From: Eubacteriales bacterium
GTDB taxonomy: Bacteria; Bacillota; Clostridia; Monoglobales; Firm-18
NCBI GenBank assembly: GCA_028697835.1
Contig: JAQVDK010000001.1
Coordinates: forward strand, 1-56,856
Direction of reading: 5' to 3'
DNA length: 56,856 bases
Below the pieces are notes generated by a model. The model saw only the letters and a list, made by a program, of their open reading frames with translations, was not told where the DNA came from and did no database searches. Made by a program: the position numbers and the translations under genes. Position 1 is the first letter of the stretch, and each line of letters starts with the position of its first letter. Shown here piece by piece: positions 35,704-46,300 of this stretch.

Positions 35704-38286
35704 TCAGATGCTCCCCCGCTGCTTGATTAGCTCTGTTAACGGCTCTATTTTTTCATACATAACAACAATCAAATCATCTTTTTGTGCGTTTTTCATTGCC
35801 TCTTTTAGGGCTTCCACCTCATCGTCTATTATTTTTACTTTTTCCATATCGTAAGAGCTTTCGGCAACAGCCCCATACAGAAGGTTTGCCACTTCATGCT
35901 TTTTCCTGTTTCTTAAATTTCTGTCTTCTTTTATATATATCCGGTCAAAGGCTTTTGCCGCAAGCACTCCTACCGATTTAATTGCCTTGTCCGGTCTGTC
36001 CCCCGGCATGCCGATAATGCCGACAATGCGGCTTGCGCAAAGCTTTTGGCAAAGCTTTGTCACTTGCATATACCCGGCTTCGTTATGGGCATAATCAAGC
36101 ATTATTTTATACCCATCCATATGGAATATTTGAAACCTGCCCGGATTGCTTTCAAAGCTTGCAAGCCCTTTGGCAATGTCCTCTACAGGAATTTTAAGCG
36201 CATAAAGGGCGCAAACGCTTGCAAGTGCATTTTCAATGTTACACTCAAGCAAACCTCCATATGTTATCGGTATGTCCTTTATCTGCAAAGCGGTGATTTC
36301 CCGGTTTGAATCCCTAATTTTGATAAAACCATCCTCTACAAATACATTTATATATTTATCCACATCTTTTACTTTTACATTATCTTTTGTCTTGTAAAAT
36401 AGGATTACTTGCTCCTGTACCCTTTCCAAAATAAAATTGGTCATTTCATCTTCCGCATTTAAAACAGCGCAGCCGCCCGGCTTTATAGCCTCCACAACCA
36501 AAGCCTTAACAAACGCCAAGTCTTTTAAGGTTTCAACCCCGCCAAGGCCCAAATGGTCCTCTGCAATATTCGTAACAATCCCCACATCCGCCAAGTCATA
36601 CCCAAGTCCTTCCCTTATTATCCCGCCCCTTGCAGTTTCAAAGACTGCCGCATCAATAGATTTGTTTGCAAGCAGCGCCCTTGCACTGCAGGGACCGGAG
36701 TGGTCCCCCTTGCAAATGCACTTGCCGTCTATAAAGGTACCGCTTGTGCTGGTCATTCCAACCTTTCTTCCCACATGGGAAAGAACATGACCAATTAGCC
36801 TTACGGTTGTCGTTTTTCCGTTAGTTCCCGTAACCGATACAATGGGAAAATCCATATTAAGCTCTTTTGGAAACAATAAATCCACAATATCCTTTGCCAC
36901 ATTTCTCGGCTGCCCTTGCGACGGATAAAGGTGCATTCTTATTCCGGGCGCAGTATTAACCTCAATAACCGCCCCGCTTGTTGAATAAATTGATTTGGAA
37001 ACATCCTCTGCAACCATATCTATTCCCGCTATGTCAATGCCGATTGCATTGGCGGCATTGACGGCAATGTCGGCGTTGTCGGGATGTATTATGTCTGTGC
37101 AATCGATAGCCGTGCCGCCTGTGCTTATATTTCCATTTTCCCGAAGCGCAATTTTTTCTCCCGCCCTCGGCACATAATTTTTGCTGTAACCCTTTTTCTT
37201 TAGCACACTAAGCTCCAAACTGCCAAGCTTTATTTTGGTAAGCGGCTTTTCATGACATTCACCACGGTTTGTGTCTTTGTTTATTTCTTCAATAAGCTCC
37301 GAAATAGTATGGATACCATCCCCTACAACCATAGCCGGAAGCCTTTGGGCTACAGCCTTTACCTCGCCGTCAACTACCAAAATTCGATAATCATTGCCAA
37401 CAATGTATTTTTCCACAATAATACCTGCACTGTATTTGGCAGCTTCCCTAAAGGCTTTTCTAACGTCCTTTTCGTTTGTTATGTTGGTGTTTACGCCTTT
37501 GCCTTGATTGCTATTGAAGGGTTTTACCACAACCGGAAAGCCAATTTGCTTTGCCGCCATTACCGCAGAAACTTCTGTATAAACCACCTTGCCATAAGGG
37601 ACAGGAATTTTGTTCTCGTCCAAAATATGTTTTGTAAGCTGTTTGTTTGAAGAAATATCGGCGGCAATACATGAGGTTGTATCTGTTAAGGTTGCCTGAA
37701 TCACCTTGCTGTATTTTCCATAACCAAGCCTTACAAGGCTTTCGTAGCCAATTCTTGTTACAGGAATGCCTCGCTTTTTGGCTTCGTTTACAATTGCTGC
37801 TGTACTGGGGCCCAGCTGCGTTTCAATTTGAACTTTATTTAAATATTCTAAAAATTCGCCGATTATAATATCCTCGCCATTTAAAAAGCAGTTTAAAATA
37901 AAAACTGCAGCCTTGCTGCATTCCAATGCGCATATTTCATTTTCAAACTCATATACAAGAAAATACTGCGAAGGCTCTTTGAAAAACCTTGTTTTTCCAT
38001 ACTTCACATCAAATCCGAGAGTGTTTTGAAGGTCCAGTATAACATGCTCCAAAACATGTGCAAGATAGGTCCCTTCCTCCAGCCTTTGTAAAAATCCACC
38101 CGCATACCCCAACCCACAGGTGTTATTTTTCAGGTTTGGAAAACAGGTAAGAAGCCTATCATTAAAGCCTTTAATGTCCTTTGTGGGGATGTCGGAAAAT
38201 CTTCCGATGTCCACTATCGTTTTCATAACCGGTCGGTGGCTGTAAATATTCCTGCCGTTGTAGATGGATATATCAAGAATTTCCAT
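35704..38286 (-). CDS. cphA: cyanophycin synthetase (CphA1 type)
   Basis: The N-terminus is MEILDISIYNGRNIYSHRPV. An ATP-grasp core is followed by a Mur-ligase-like M domain with GTNGKTTT. The product is 860 aa. Confidence 0.9.
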   Translation of the reverse strand: MEILDISIYNGRNIYSHRPVMKTIVDIGRFSDIPTKDIKGFNDRLLTCFPNLKNNTCGLGYAGGFLQRLEEGTYLAHVLEHVILDLQNTLGFDVKYGKTRFFKEPSQYFLVYEFENEICALECSKAAVFILNCFLNGEDIIIGEFLEYLNKVQIETQLGPSTAAIVNEAKKRGIPVTRIGYESLVRLGYGKYSKVIQATLTDTTSCIAADISSNKQLTKHILDENKIPVPYGKVVYTEVSAVMAAKQIGFPVVVKPFNSNQGKGVNTNITNEKDVRKAFREAAKYSAGIIVEKYIVGNDYRILVVDGEVKAVAQRLPAMVVGDGIHTISELIEEINKDTNRGECHEKPLTKIKLGSLELSVLKKKGYSKNYVPRAGEKIALRENGNISTGGTAIDCTDIIHPDNADIAVNAANAIGIDIAGIDMVAEDVSKSIYSTSGAVIEVNTAPGIRMHLYPSQGQPRNVAKDIVDLLFPKELNMDFPIVSVTGTNGKTTTVRLIGHVLSHVGRKVGMTSTSGTFIDGKCICKGDHSGPCSARALLANKSIDAAVFETARGGIIREGLGYDLADVGIVTNIAEDHLGLGGVETLKDLAFVKALVVEAIKPGGCAVLNAEDEMTNFILERVQEQVILFYKTKDNVKVKDVDKYINVFVEDGFIKIRDSNREITALQIKDIPITYGGLLECNIENALASVCALYALKIPVEDIAKGLASFESNPGRFQIFHMDGYKIMLDYAHNEAGYMQVTKLCQKLCASRIVGIIGMPGDRPDKAIKSVGVLAAKAFDRIYIKEDRNLRNRKKHEVANLLYGAVAESSYDMEKVKIIDDEVEALKEAMKNAQKDDLIVVMYEKIEPLTELIKQRGSI

Positions 38287-39103
38287 TATCTTCGCAACCT
38301 TCCTTTAACCTTAAAACCTTTCTGCTTTTCATGTCAAAACCATATTTTGCAGGAAGCGTATGCACAGTAACCCCAACTATGGCAAGCAGTTCGTTTTGTG
38401 CAAGCTCCGACACGTTTGAGCTTTTAATGGTGCTCCCGTCAATGACTGTAACGGAATTTGTGCCAATAATCTCGAAATTCATATCGGGATATACCTTTAT
38501 CGCTGTATCTTCATCAATTCCAACTCCAAGCACATCGGGATTTTCCGCCACCCCGCAAAGAAGCCTGCCAAACCTTCCACGCTGGTCAAAATGCTGGTCC
38601 ACTATACTATTGCCAAGCAGCCCCAAGCCAGGAGCCATTTTTAATGTGCATTTTCTGGCAGGCTCATTATCCTTTCCTTCTACTATCATGGTAGAGCTCA
38701 TAACAGACGCCCCTGCACTTGTGCCCATTATAACACCGCCGTCTAAATACACCTCTTTTATTGCCTTATAAGCGGCCGTACCCCCTAAAATGCTGGTTAT
38801 TCTAAGCTGGTCGCCGCCTGTGAAAAAAATGCACTTTGAATTTTTTATTTTTTCGTTTGTTTTTGGGTTGTTTGCGTCATCTCTTGTATTTATATTTAAA
38901 ATTTGCAGGTTTTCAATACCCAGTCTTGTAAAGGCATTTTTATAGCTTTCTCCCACCTCTACGGGGTTTTCGGTTGCTGTTGTTAAAACCGTAAGAACCT
39001 CGCCATCGTCAAGGAATTCTTTTGCCTGCTTTAATATGACGCTTTTGCCTGTTTTATCCTCCGCACCGCCAATGATTATAAGGTGTCCTTTTGCTTCACT
39101 CAT
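38273..39103 (-). CDS. cphB: cyanophycinase (S51 peptidase)
   Basis: LIIIGGAED, the nucleophile motif GTSAGASV and VDQHF are present. The gene overlaps cphA by 14 nt. Confidence 0.9.
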   Translation of the reverse strand: MSEAKGHLIIIGGAEDKTGKSVILKQAKEFLDDGEVLTVLTTATENPVEVGESYKNAFTRLGIENLQILNINTRDDANNPKTNEKIKNSKCIFFTGGDQLRITSILGGTAAYKAIKEVYLDGGVIMGTSAGASVMSSTMIVEGKDNEPARKCTLKMAPGLGLLGNSIVDQHFDQRGRFGRLLCGVAENPDVLGVGIDEDTAIKVYPDMNFEIIGTNSVTVIDGSTIKSSNVSELAQNELLAIVGVTVHTLPAKYGFDMKSRKVLRLKEGCEDNGNS

Positions 39104-40230
39104 TCAACTTCCTCCAATTTTTCTACCAATTTTCCTTCATTAATCAATAGCCTGCCTAAGCTAAACAGCTTTTGTATGTTATATTCCTTGTCCAAAATTA
39201 AAATGTCCGCATCACTGCCCTTGGCAAGTGTTCCTTTTTGAGGATATTTTTTTATTCTTTTTGCCACATTTTCGGTTATTAAAGGAAACACAACCTCTGG
39301 CTTGATATTTTTATGCAAAATACATTTTATTACGTCTTCAAACAAGCTGCTTGCCTTGTTCAAGCCGCCGCCACAGCTGCTTCCGTTAGCATCTGAGCTT
39401 ATTGTAACACTTGCAAGGTCAACACCATTTTTAATTAGAAGTTCAACTGCGTCATATACTGCAATACCCTCCTTTTCACCTGAGGTAAGGTCAATGTTTC
39501 CTCCGTTTTTTGCATATTCGACCCCTTGCTCAAATAGCCTTATGTTCCTGTTAACATGGGTGGGCAAAAACTGCTCTGCCGACAAATCTGACTCCTCTAT
39601 CAGCCGACTTAGCAAGTCAAGTCCGGATTTTCCATCTCCCAAATGGATATGTACCAATCCTGCTTTGCCGCTAAGTAGCCCTCCCATATAGGCTTTTGTC
39701 GCCAAATCAAGCATATCACGCATATCAGGGTGCGAGGAGCGAAAGTCTGAAATTGCTATCTCCCCAGCACCGATTACCTTTTCAACAAGCACCATATCAC
39801 TTGCAATATCCCCGGTGAATGTTACAATAGGAACGCTGTAGCTTCCCGAATATATAAAAGCGGTCATGCCGGCTGATTCCAGCTCATACGCTGCTGCAAG
39901 CAGGTCTTTTAAGCCTTTTGTTTGGCAATCGAAGCCAAGAAGGCCAACCACAGTCGTAACTCCAAACAGCAGTAAATCCTCCGCCTTGATTTTGCCTATA
40001 CGGCTGGCAAATCCGCCCTCGCCGCCACCGCCGTTTATATGAACATGTCCGTCTATTATCCCCGGAAAAGCCATAAGACCTTCGCAGTCAACAATATCTG
40101 CGATTTCACTGCTTAAAGCCAGGCTGCCTGAATCTAAAATTTTATATATCTTGCTTCCTGCAATCAATATGTCCTTTTTGCCGATAAACCTCGGACAATA
40201 GCACTCGATATTTTTAAGTAATGTAATCAT
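39100..40230 (-). CDS. iadA: isoaspartyl (beta-aspartyl) dipeptidase
   Basis: The amidohydrolase motif IDGHVHINGGGGEGGF resembles E. coli IadA. The gene overlaps cphB by 4 nt. Confidence 0.85.
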   Translation of the reverse strand: MITLLKNIECYCPRFIGKKDILIAGSKIYKILDSGSLALSSEIADIVDCEGLMAFPGIIDGHVHINGGGGEGGFASRIGKIKAEDLLLFGVTTVVGLLGFDCQTKGLKDLLAAAYELESAGMTAFIYSGSYSVPIVTFTGDIASDMVLVEKVIGAGEIAISDFRSSHPDMRDMLDLATKAYMGGLLSGKAGLVHIHLGDGKSGLDLLSRLIEESDLSAEQFLPTHVNRNIRLFEQGVEYAKNGGNIDLTSGEKEGIAVYDAVELLIKNGVDLASVTISSDANGSSCGGGLNKASSLFEDVIKCILHKNIKPEVVFPLITENVAKRIKKYPQKGTLAKGSDADILILDKEYNIQKLFSLGRLLINEGKLVEKLEEVE

Positions 40231-40322
40231 AACCCTTCCTCGCCGTTTAAGTTATGTTTTATAACATATATTATTATTTAGTTATTTTGCTATAATTATT
40301 CAAAATTAACAAGTTTAACCTC

Positions 40323-40352
40323 AAAACCACCAGCCAAAAGGCCGGTGGTTTT
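40323..40352 (-). terminator. intrinsic terminator after the giant glucan-synthase gene
   Basis: The minus strand reads aaaaccaccggcc-tttt-ggctggtggtttt. The stem is 9-13 bp with one G-U, flanked by an A-run and a T-run. Confidence 0.6.
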
Positions 40353-40355
40353 AAG

Positions 40356-43300
40356 CTACAGAACTATTTCTATATCATATTCCTGCTTTTTATCATCAAG
40401 GGTTATTTCGGTAGGAGAGTCGGCCATGAATTTTCCGTTGGGGTTTTTGAAATGAATATTATATTTTGTGTCGCCATGGCGGTATTGAACGGAAAACTCG
40501 CTCCAATCCTTGGGAACGCAAGGGTTTATAACAAGCTTGTTTTCCTTTTTTTGAATACCCAAAATCCACTCTATGGCAACCCTATACATCCAGCCTGAGG
40601 AGCCTGTGTACCAGGTCCACCCTCCCCTGCCTAAATTTGCGCCGGTGGAATATACATCCGCCGCCACCACATAAGGCTCTACCTTATATTTGTTAGCTTC
40701 TATGGGAGTTCTGGAGTGATTGATGGGGTTTAGCAGTGAGAAAAGCTCTGCCGCAACATCACCCATTCCAAGCTTTGCATAGGCTAAGATTACCCATGCC
40801 GCAGCATGAGTGTATTGACCTCCGTTTTCACGTACACCTGGAACATAGCCTTTTATATATCCGGGGTTAATCTCTCCGCTGTCAAAAGGCGGTGTTAGAA
40901 GTTTTATTATGCCTTCTTCCCTGCTGACCAGATACTTCATGACGGAATCCATGGCAATGCTTTGGTATTCAGGGTTTCCTGCGCCTGTAATTACCGACCA
41001 GGCTTGGGCAATTGCATCAATTTTACATTCTGTGTTTTTGTTAGAGCCAAGGGGAACTCCTTCATCTGTGTATGCCCTGTGGTACCATGCCCCGTCCCAA
41101 GCCTTGTTAAGGCTTTCTTTAAGCTCCTTGTTTTGCATGTTAAACCTTTCTAATATATCGTACAAGAACCAGCCAAGCCAAACACTTTCTCCCTTGCCCT
41201 TGTTTCCTACATGGCTCATGCCGTCATTCCAGTCACCGCTTCCCATAAGAGGAAGTCCATGCTCGCCGAATCTACTGGCCCTTTCAATTGCCCTCATGCA
41301 ATGCTGCTCAATGGTTTCCACAGTGTCCGACACCCACGCGGGGCAGTATTTTTCGTCCTCCCCTTCCGCCAAAAGCTCGCTTTGTATATAAGGAACCTTT
41401 ATCTCTAAAATAGACCTGTCGCCGGTTACCCTGATATATTCCGAAACTGCATAAGGAAGCCACAAAAGGTCGTCGGAAAACCTTGTCCTTATGCCCCGAA
41501 AGCCTGTTTCAACCTCGTGCCACCAGTGCTGAACATCGCCTTCCAAAAATTGACGAGAAGCGCAGCGGATGATTTGCTCTTTTGCGATTTGGCTGTCATG
41601 CTGCAACAGGGACATGGTGTCTTGAATCTGGTCACGGTACCCATAAGCGCCGCCGCATTGATAAAATCCCGTACGGGCAAAAATCCTACATGACAAGGTC
41701 TGATACAAAAGCCATGAATTGACCAAAAAGTTCATTGCAGTATCGGGAGTGTCAATTTTAATTTTTTCCGTTTCGTTTTTCCAAAACTTTTTCACATCCA
41801 AAAGCGTTAACATAGCTTCTTTAGGTGTAAATGTTATTTCCTTTACACCCAAAGTAAACACTGCGGACTTTGTTTCGTTTGGCGCTAAAGACAGCTTTAT
41901 TTCGGCTGCAATGCAGCTATCAAGCCCGGCGCCTTCCAAATTGCTTAATCTTTCACGAAGAAGCCCGTTTGGAGTTTGTGCAAACCTGCTTTTACCGAAA
42001 AATTCCCGCTTGTCGCTTGTAAAGGACGTTATCTGCTCGGAAGATGACAAATATAAAACTTCCTCCGGATAATCACGGTTATAGCTGTTTTTTGCAAGTA
42101 TAAAATTGTCTTTTTTAGATACTGTCACATAAGGCTTGGTTTCACTCTCTCCAACTCCTATTATGGGGTTTATATAATAAGTCAAGGTAATGTTTCTTTG
42201 CTCGCTTGTTTTGTTGGTTAAAGTTATAAGGTTTACCTTTGTAAGCTCGTTGGTGGGAACAAATACCTCAAGAGTGCTTATAAGACCGCTTTGTCCTGTT
42301 TCAAATTTGGAATATCCCATACCATGAGATACAACATACTCACCTGACTGAAAGTCCCATAAATCACCGCTGTGGTCGTCCCGAATATATATTTTATCAT
42401 GAGCAGTGTCTAAAACAGCGTCATTGACCCATGGGGTAAGCTTGTTTTCCCTACTGTTATGATACCAGGAAAATCCCCCGCCGCTTTCGGTGACCAAAAA
42501 GCCAAAATCACGGTTTGCTATAACGTTGCACCACGGCATGGGGGTTGTGGTATTTTCACCAAGCTTCATTTTATACTCCGTTTCGGTAAACCCGCCATAG
42601 CCATTGAAAAACGCAATTTCGCCCAAAGGAATGTCAATGTTATCGTAGTATTTTTTGCTGAAGCTTATATATGGAATTGTGTTTTCAGCTTCCTCGGTTT
42701 CCATTTGTTCTTCAATCGAGCCATTGTTTGAATCCAAAACTATTTTTGAAACGGCAAACAGCAAATTCTTTGTGTCTTCGTCAATAAGGCTTTTATCAAC
42801 AACATAAATGCCGCCTCTGCCGCCTATCCTGTCTCTGAGGTGACTGATGGACGCCAAGTCACGAATGGCGTTTATAAGGGGTTGATTATAGCTGGATTCA
42901 TCCTCGCTGACGATAACCAAATCCACAACAAGCCCTTTAATCTGCCAAAGCTCATGAATACTTATAAGGTCTTTTAAAATATCCAGCTCATCAGTGCTGT
43001 AAACCCTTAAGGTTACGATTGGATTATCCCCTGAAATTCCCATGGACCATAAGCTTTGCTGTCCTTTGGTGTTTTTTTCTATATAAGTGGCCAGTTTTCT
43101 TCTGTACGGCAAAATATAGAACAAATGCGGCAGAAGCATATATGCAAGACTTTCGTTCTTCTCGCTTATGCCAAGGTATTTGTTTTCTACCTTACTCCTT
43201 GTCCATGCCATATCAAAGGCCCTGTCGATATTGGCTCCAATCTTGTATTTTTGCGCAATTTCAACTGCCTCTTCCCTGTTTTCACAATAAGCTGTGATTA

Positions 43301-46300
43301 TTGAAAAAGAAGTTGAAGAGCCTTTATTTACTCTTACTTTAAATCTCTGTGAAAATATGGGGTCTAAAACCGAGCCCAAAGAGCCGCTCATTTGTATTCC
43401 GTCTGTAAGGGCGTTAGGCCTTTGCAGACTCTTTTTTCTTCCTATGAATTTTACCCTGTCTGTTTCAAATTCTACCTTTCCGACTTTTTCATCACCTATG
43501 CATATAGTCTGCATTGCAAAAACTTGCGGCGTTTTATCATCACGAGGGCGTCGGCTGGCAATAATGCAGTCTAAATTCTCGTCATACTCCGTTCTTATGA
43601 AAAGGTTGCTAAAGGCAGGATGTGCGCTGTCGGAGGCCAAAGAGGTCATAACAATTTCCTGGTAATTGGAAATTTCAAAAACAATATCTTCATCCGTATG
43701 GTTTGCAAGTGTAATTTTTCTGATTTCTGCATTTTCCTCCGACGATACAACAATTTCGGTGGTGGTGTCTATATTATCCGAGCGTCTTTTAAATTCAGCC
43801 CTATCCGAGCTGAACGCCGCCGCATAACAATCGGTGTTTTCAAACAAGGGAGATACGGTGTTTGTCCACCACTTGCCCGTATTGGAATTTTTTATATAAA
43901 CAAAATTACCGTAGATGCCGTTTTGCAAATCATTCCTAAAGCGTGTTACCGCCATATCTCCTACTGCAAGATAGCCAACACCCCCATCGGTTATAAAGGA
44001 GGACATTTTGCCGTTAGAGAGAATATGCATATTGGGAGTGTTGACATCTATATTTTTTATACCAAAGAAATACTCGCCATCCTGATGTTTAACAGGCTTT
44101 AATGGTGTAACCTTTTCTTGGTTTTCCTTTGAAACTATCACGTTTGTAGGAACTCTCTCGCCTAAAAGCTCCTCGGTGGCTTTTATTGATGGGTCTGCGT
44201 GGAAGCGCTTTTGCAAAACGTTGTCATTTAATACATTGTTTAAAGTCAGCAAGCTCATGCCCACATGGTGCACCATATAGCTTTTTACAATGCTGTATTT
44301 TTCATGGGGCAAAATCCTTTGTGGGGTATAGTCTATTGCTTCATAAAATCCATACCTTCCCATTGCGCCGACTTCTTTTAAATGGCGAAGGTTTTCCATG
44401 GCACCGTCAAAATCCACCATAAGCGCCATAATAGACGCATATGGGGCAACAACCATATCGCTCATCAGACCTCGCTTCAGCCCTAAATCAGGCACGCCAA
44501 AGGCCTTGTATTGATAGTTTAAATTAATATCAAAGGCATTAAACCCGCTCTCGGAAGTTCCCCAAGGAACGTTTCGCAGCCTTCCATATTTTTTTTGGCA
44601 CCTTATCACAAAATGATAAGTTTCATCAAACAAGGTATTCTTAATGTTTTTCATCAAAAGCAGAGGCATTAAATATTCAAACATTGTCCCCGTCCAAGAC
44701 ACCAATCCCCTGTACCCTTCTCGGGATACCAAGGTTCTGCCAAGGTTAAACCAGTGTTTTTTGGGAACATCGCCCTTTGCAATGGCGATAAAGCTTGCAG
44801 TTCTTGCCTCCGACGCCAAAAGGTCGTAGTGGGATTTTGTCAAATTCTCTTCTTCCACATTATATCCAATGCTGAAAAGATGCCTTTGATTGTCGTACAA
44901 TACTTTAAAATCTGTTTCGTCATACATTTTCTTTAAAGACGATATAAGATTTTCAACCCTTTCGGAAATTTCGGGATATTTTTTCTTGTATTCCCTTAAG
45001 GATTCCATAACCAAAAGCATATAACTGCACAAATTTCCGCTGTCAACAGTGGAAACATAGCGGGGCCTTAAAACTTCGAGGGTTTTTGTGTCGTACCAAT
45101 TATAAAAATGGCCGTGCCATTTTTGAAGCCTTTCCATTGTGGAAACAACCCTCTCCAGCATATTTACCCCTTCGTTTATGCTTATAAACCCAAAGTCAAC
45201 GGCGCATATTACAGCGCTTATCTGAAGCCCTATATTTGTTGGCGAAGTCCTTGTGGCACTTCCGTTTGCCGGCTCTTCCTGGTAATTGTCCGGCGCCAAA
45301 TAGTTGGTGTATCCTGAGGTGTACTCCTTAAAATACTGCCATGTATCCCTTGCAAGGTCTATCAAAAACTTTTTGTCCGAATCTTTTATCGCCTTTGAAG
45401 AGGGCTCTTCCTTTTTGCTTGCAAAGTACATTATTGTAGGGGCAGCAAGCCAAACAGCCGTCAATATAATTGACAAAAAATGATATTTATTTGCAAAGAC
45501 GGGAAGGGCAAGGGCAAATATCCAAGATGATGTCATGCGTATATAATAGCTTTTTAGGCTGTTGTCAAGCTTTCGCTCCGAATCTGCGGCGGTCATCCAC
45601 TCCAGCATTTTTTTCTTTGAAAAAATCATTCTATAAAGAGTCCTAAGCCCCGCATCCGCAGTAATATAAGCATAGTGCGGAAGCAGCACAAACAGCAGTG
45701 CCGCCTCATACACAACTCCCTTAAGTCCATAAATTATGGTTGCATTGCATTTTTGTCCTATATATTTATATCCTGCATGCACTGCCCAATCAATAGTAGA
45801 TATAAGGAGCGAAAAACAAATTGCAGAAACAGCAAAACCTACCCACATGAAGCTGTTTCCGGGCAGTATGTTAAAAGATAAGAAAATAAGCAAAGCCAAA
45901 ACCACCGGAACGACAGAGCGCCTTATGTTGTCAAAGATTTTCCACTTTGAAATTCCGGAGAGGGGATTTTTTATTATACCCAAAAGCCATGGCATAAGCT
46001 GCCAGTCGCCTCGTGTCCATCTGTGCATCCTTGCGGCGTAAGAGCTGTACTTCCAGGGAAAACCATCAATCAAGGCAATATCGCCAACAAGAGCGCACCT
46101 TAAATAGCTGCCTTCCAAAAGGTCGTGGCTTAAGACTGTGTTTTCAGGTATTGCCGAAGGCAAAATTTCGTTAAAAACATCAACATCAAAAATACCTTTA
46201 CCCGTAAAAATACCTTCGCCGAACAAATCCTGATAAACGTCGGAGACGGCTCCGGAATAGGTATCAATACCGCCCTGCCCTGCAAAAACCCGGGAGAAAA

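Noticed and set aside
38331-38771. A 146-aa plus-strand ORF lies here.
   Set aside because: It is fully antisense to cphB, which has unambiguous S51 peptidase motifs. It has no RBS or homology signal.
40909-44102. Several 120-160-aa plus-strand ORFs lie here (40909-41391, 43294-43665, 43620-44102).
   Set aside because: All are antisense to the single 7.9-kb glucan-synthase frame, which has conserved GT and GH94 motifs throughout. They look like chance open frames.
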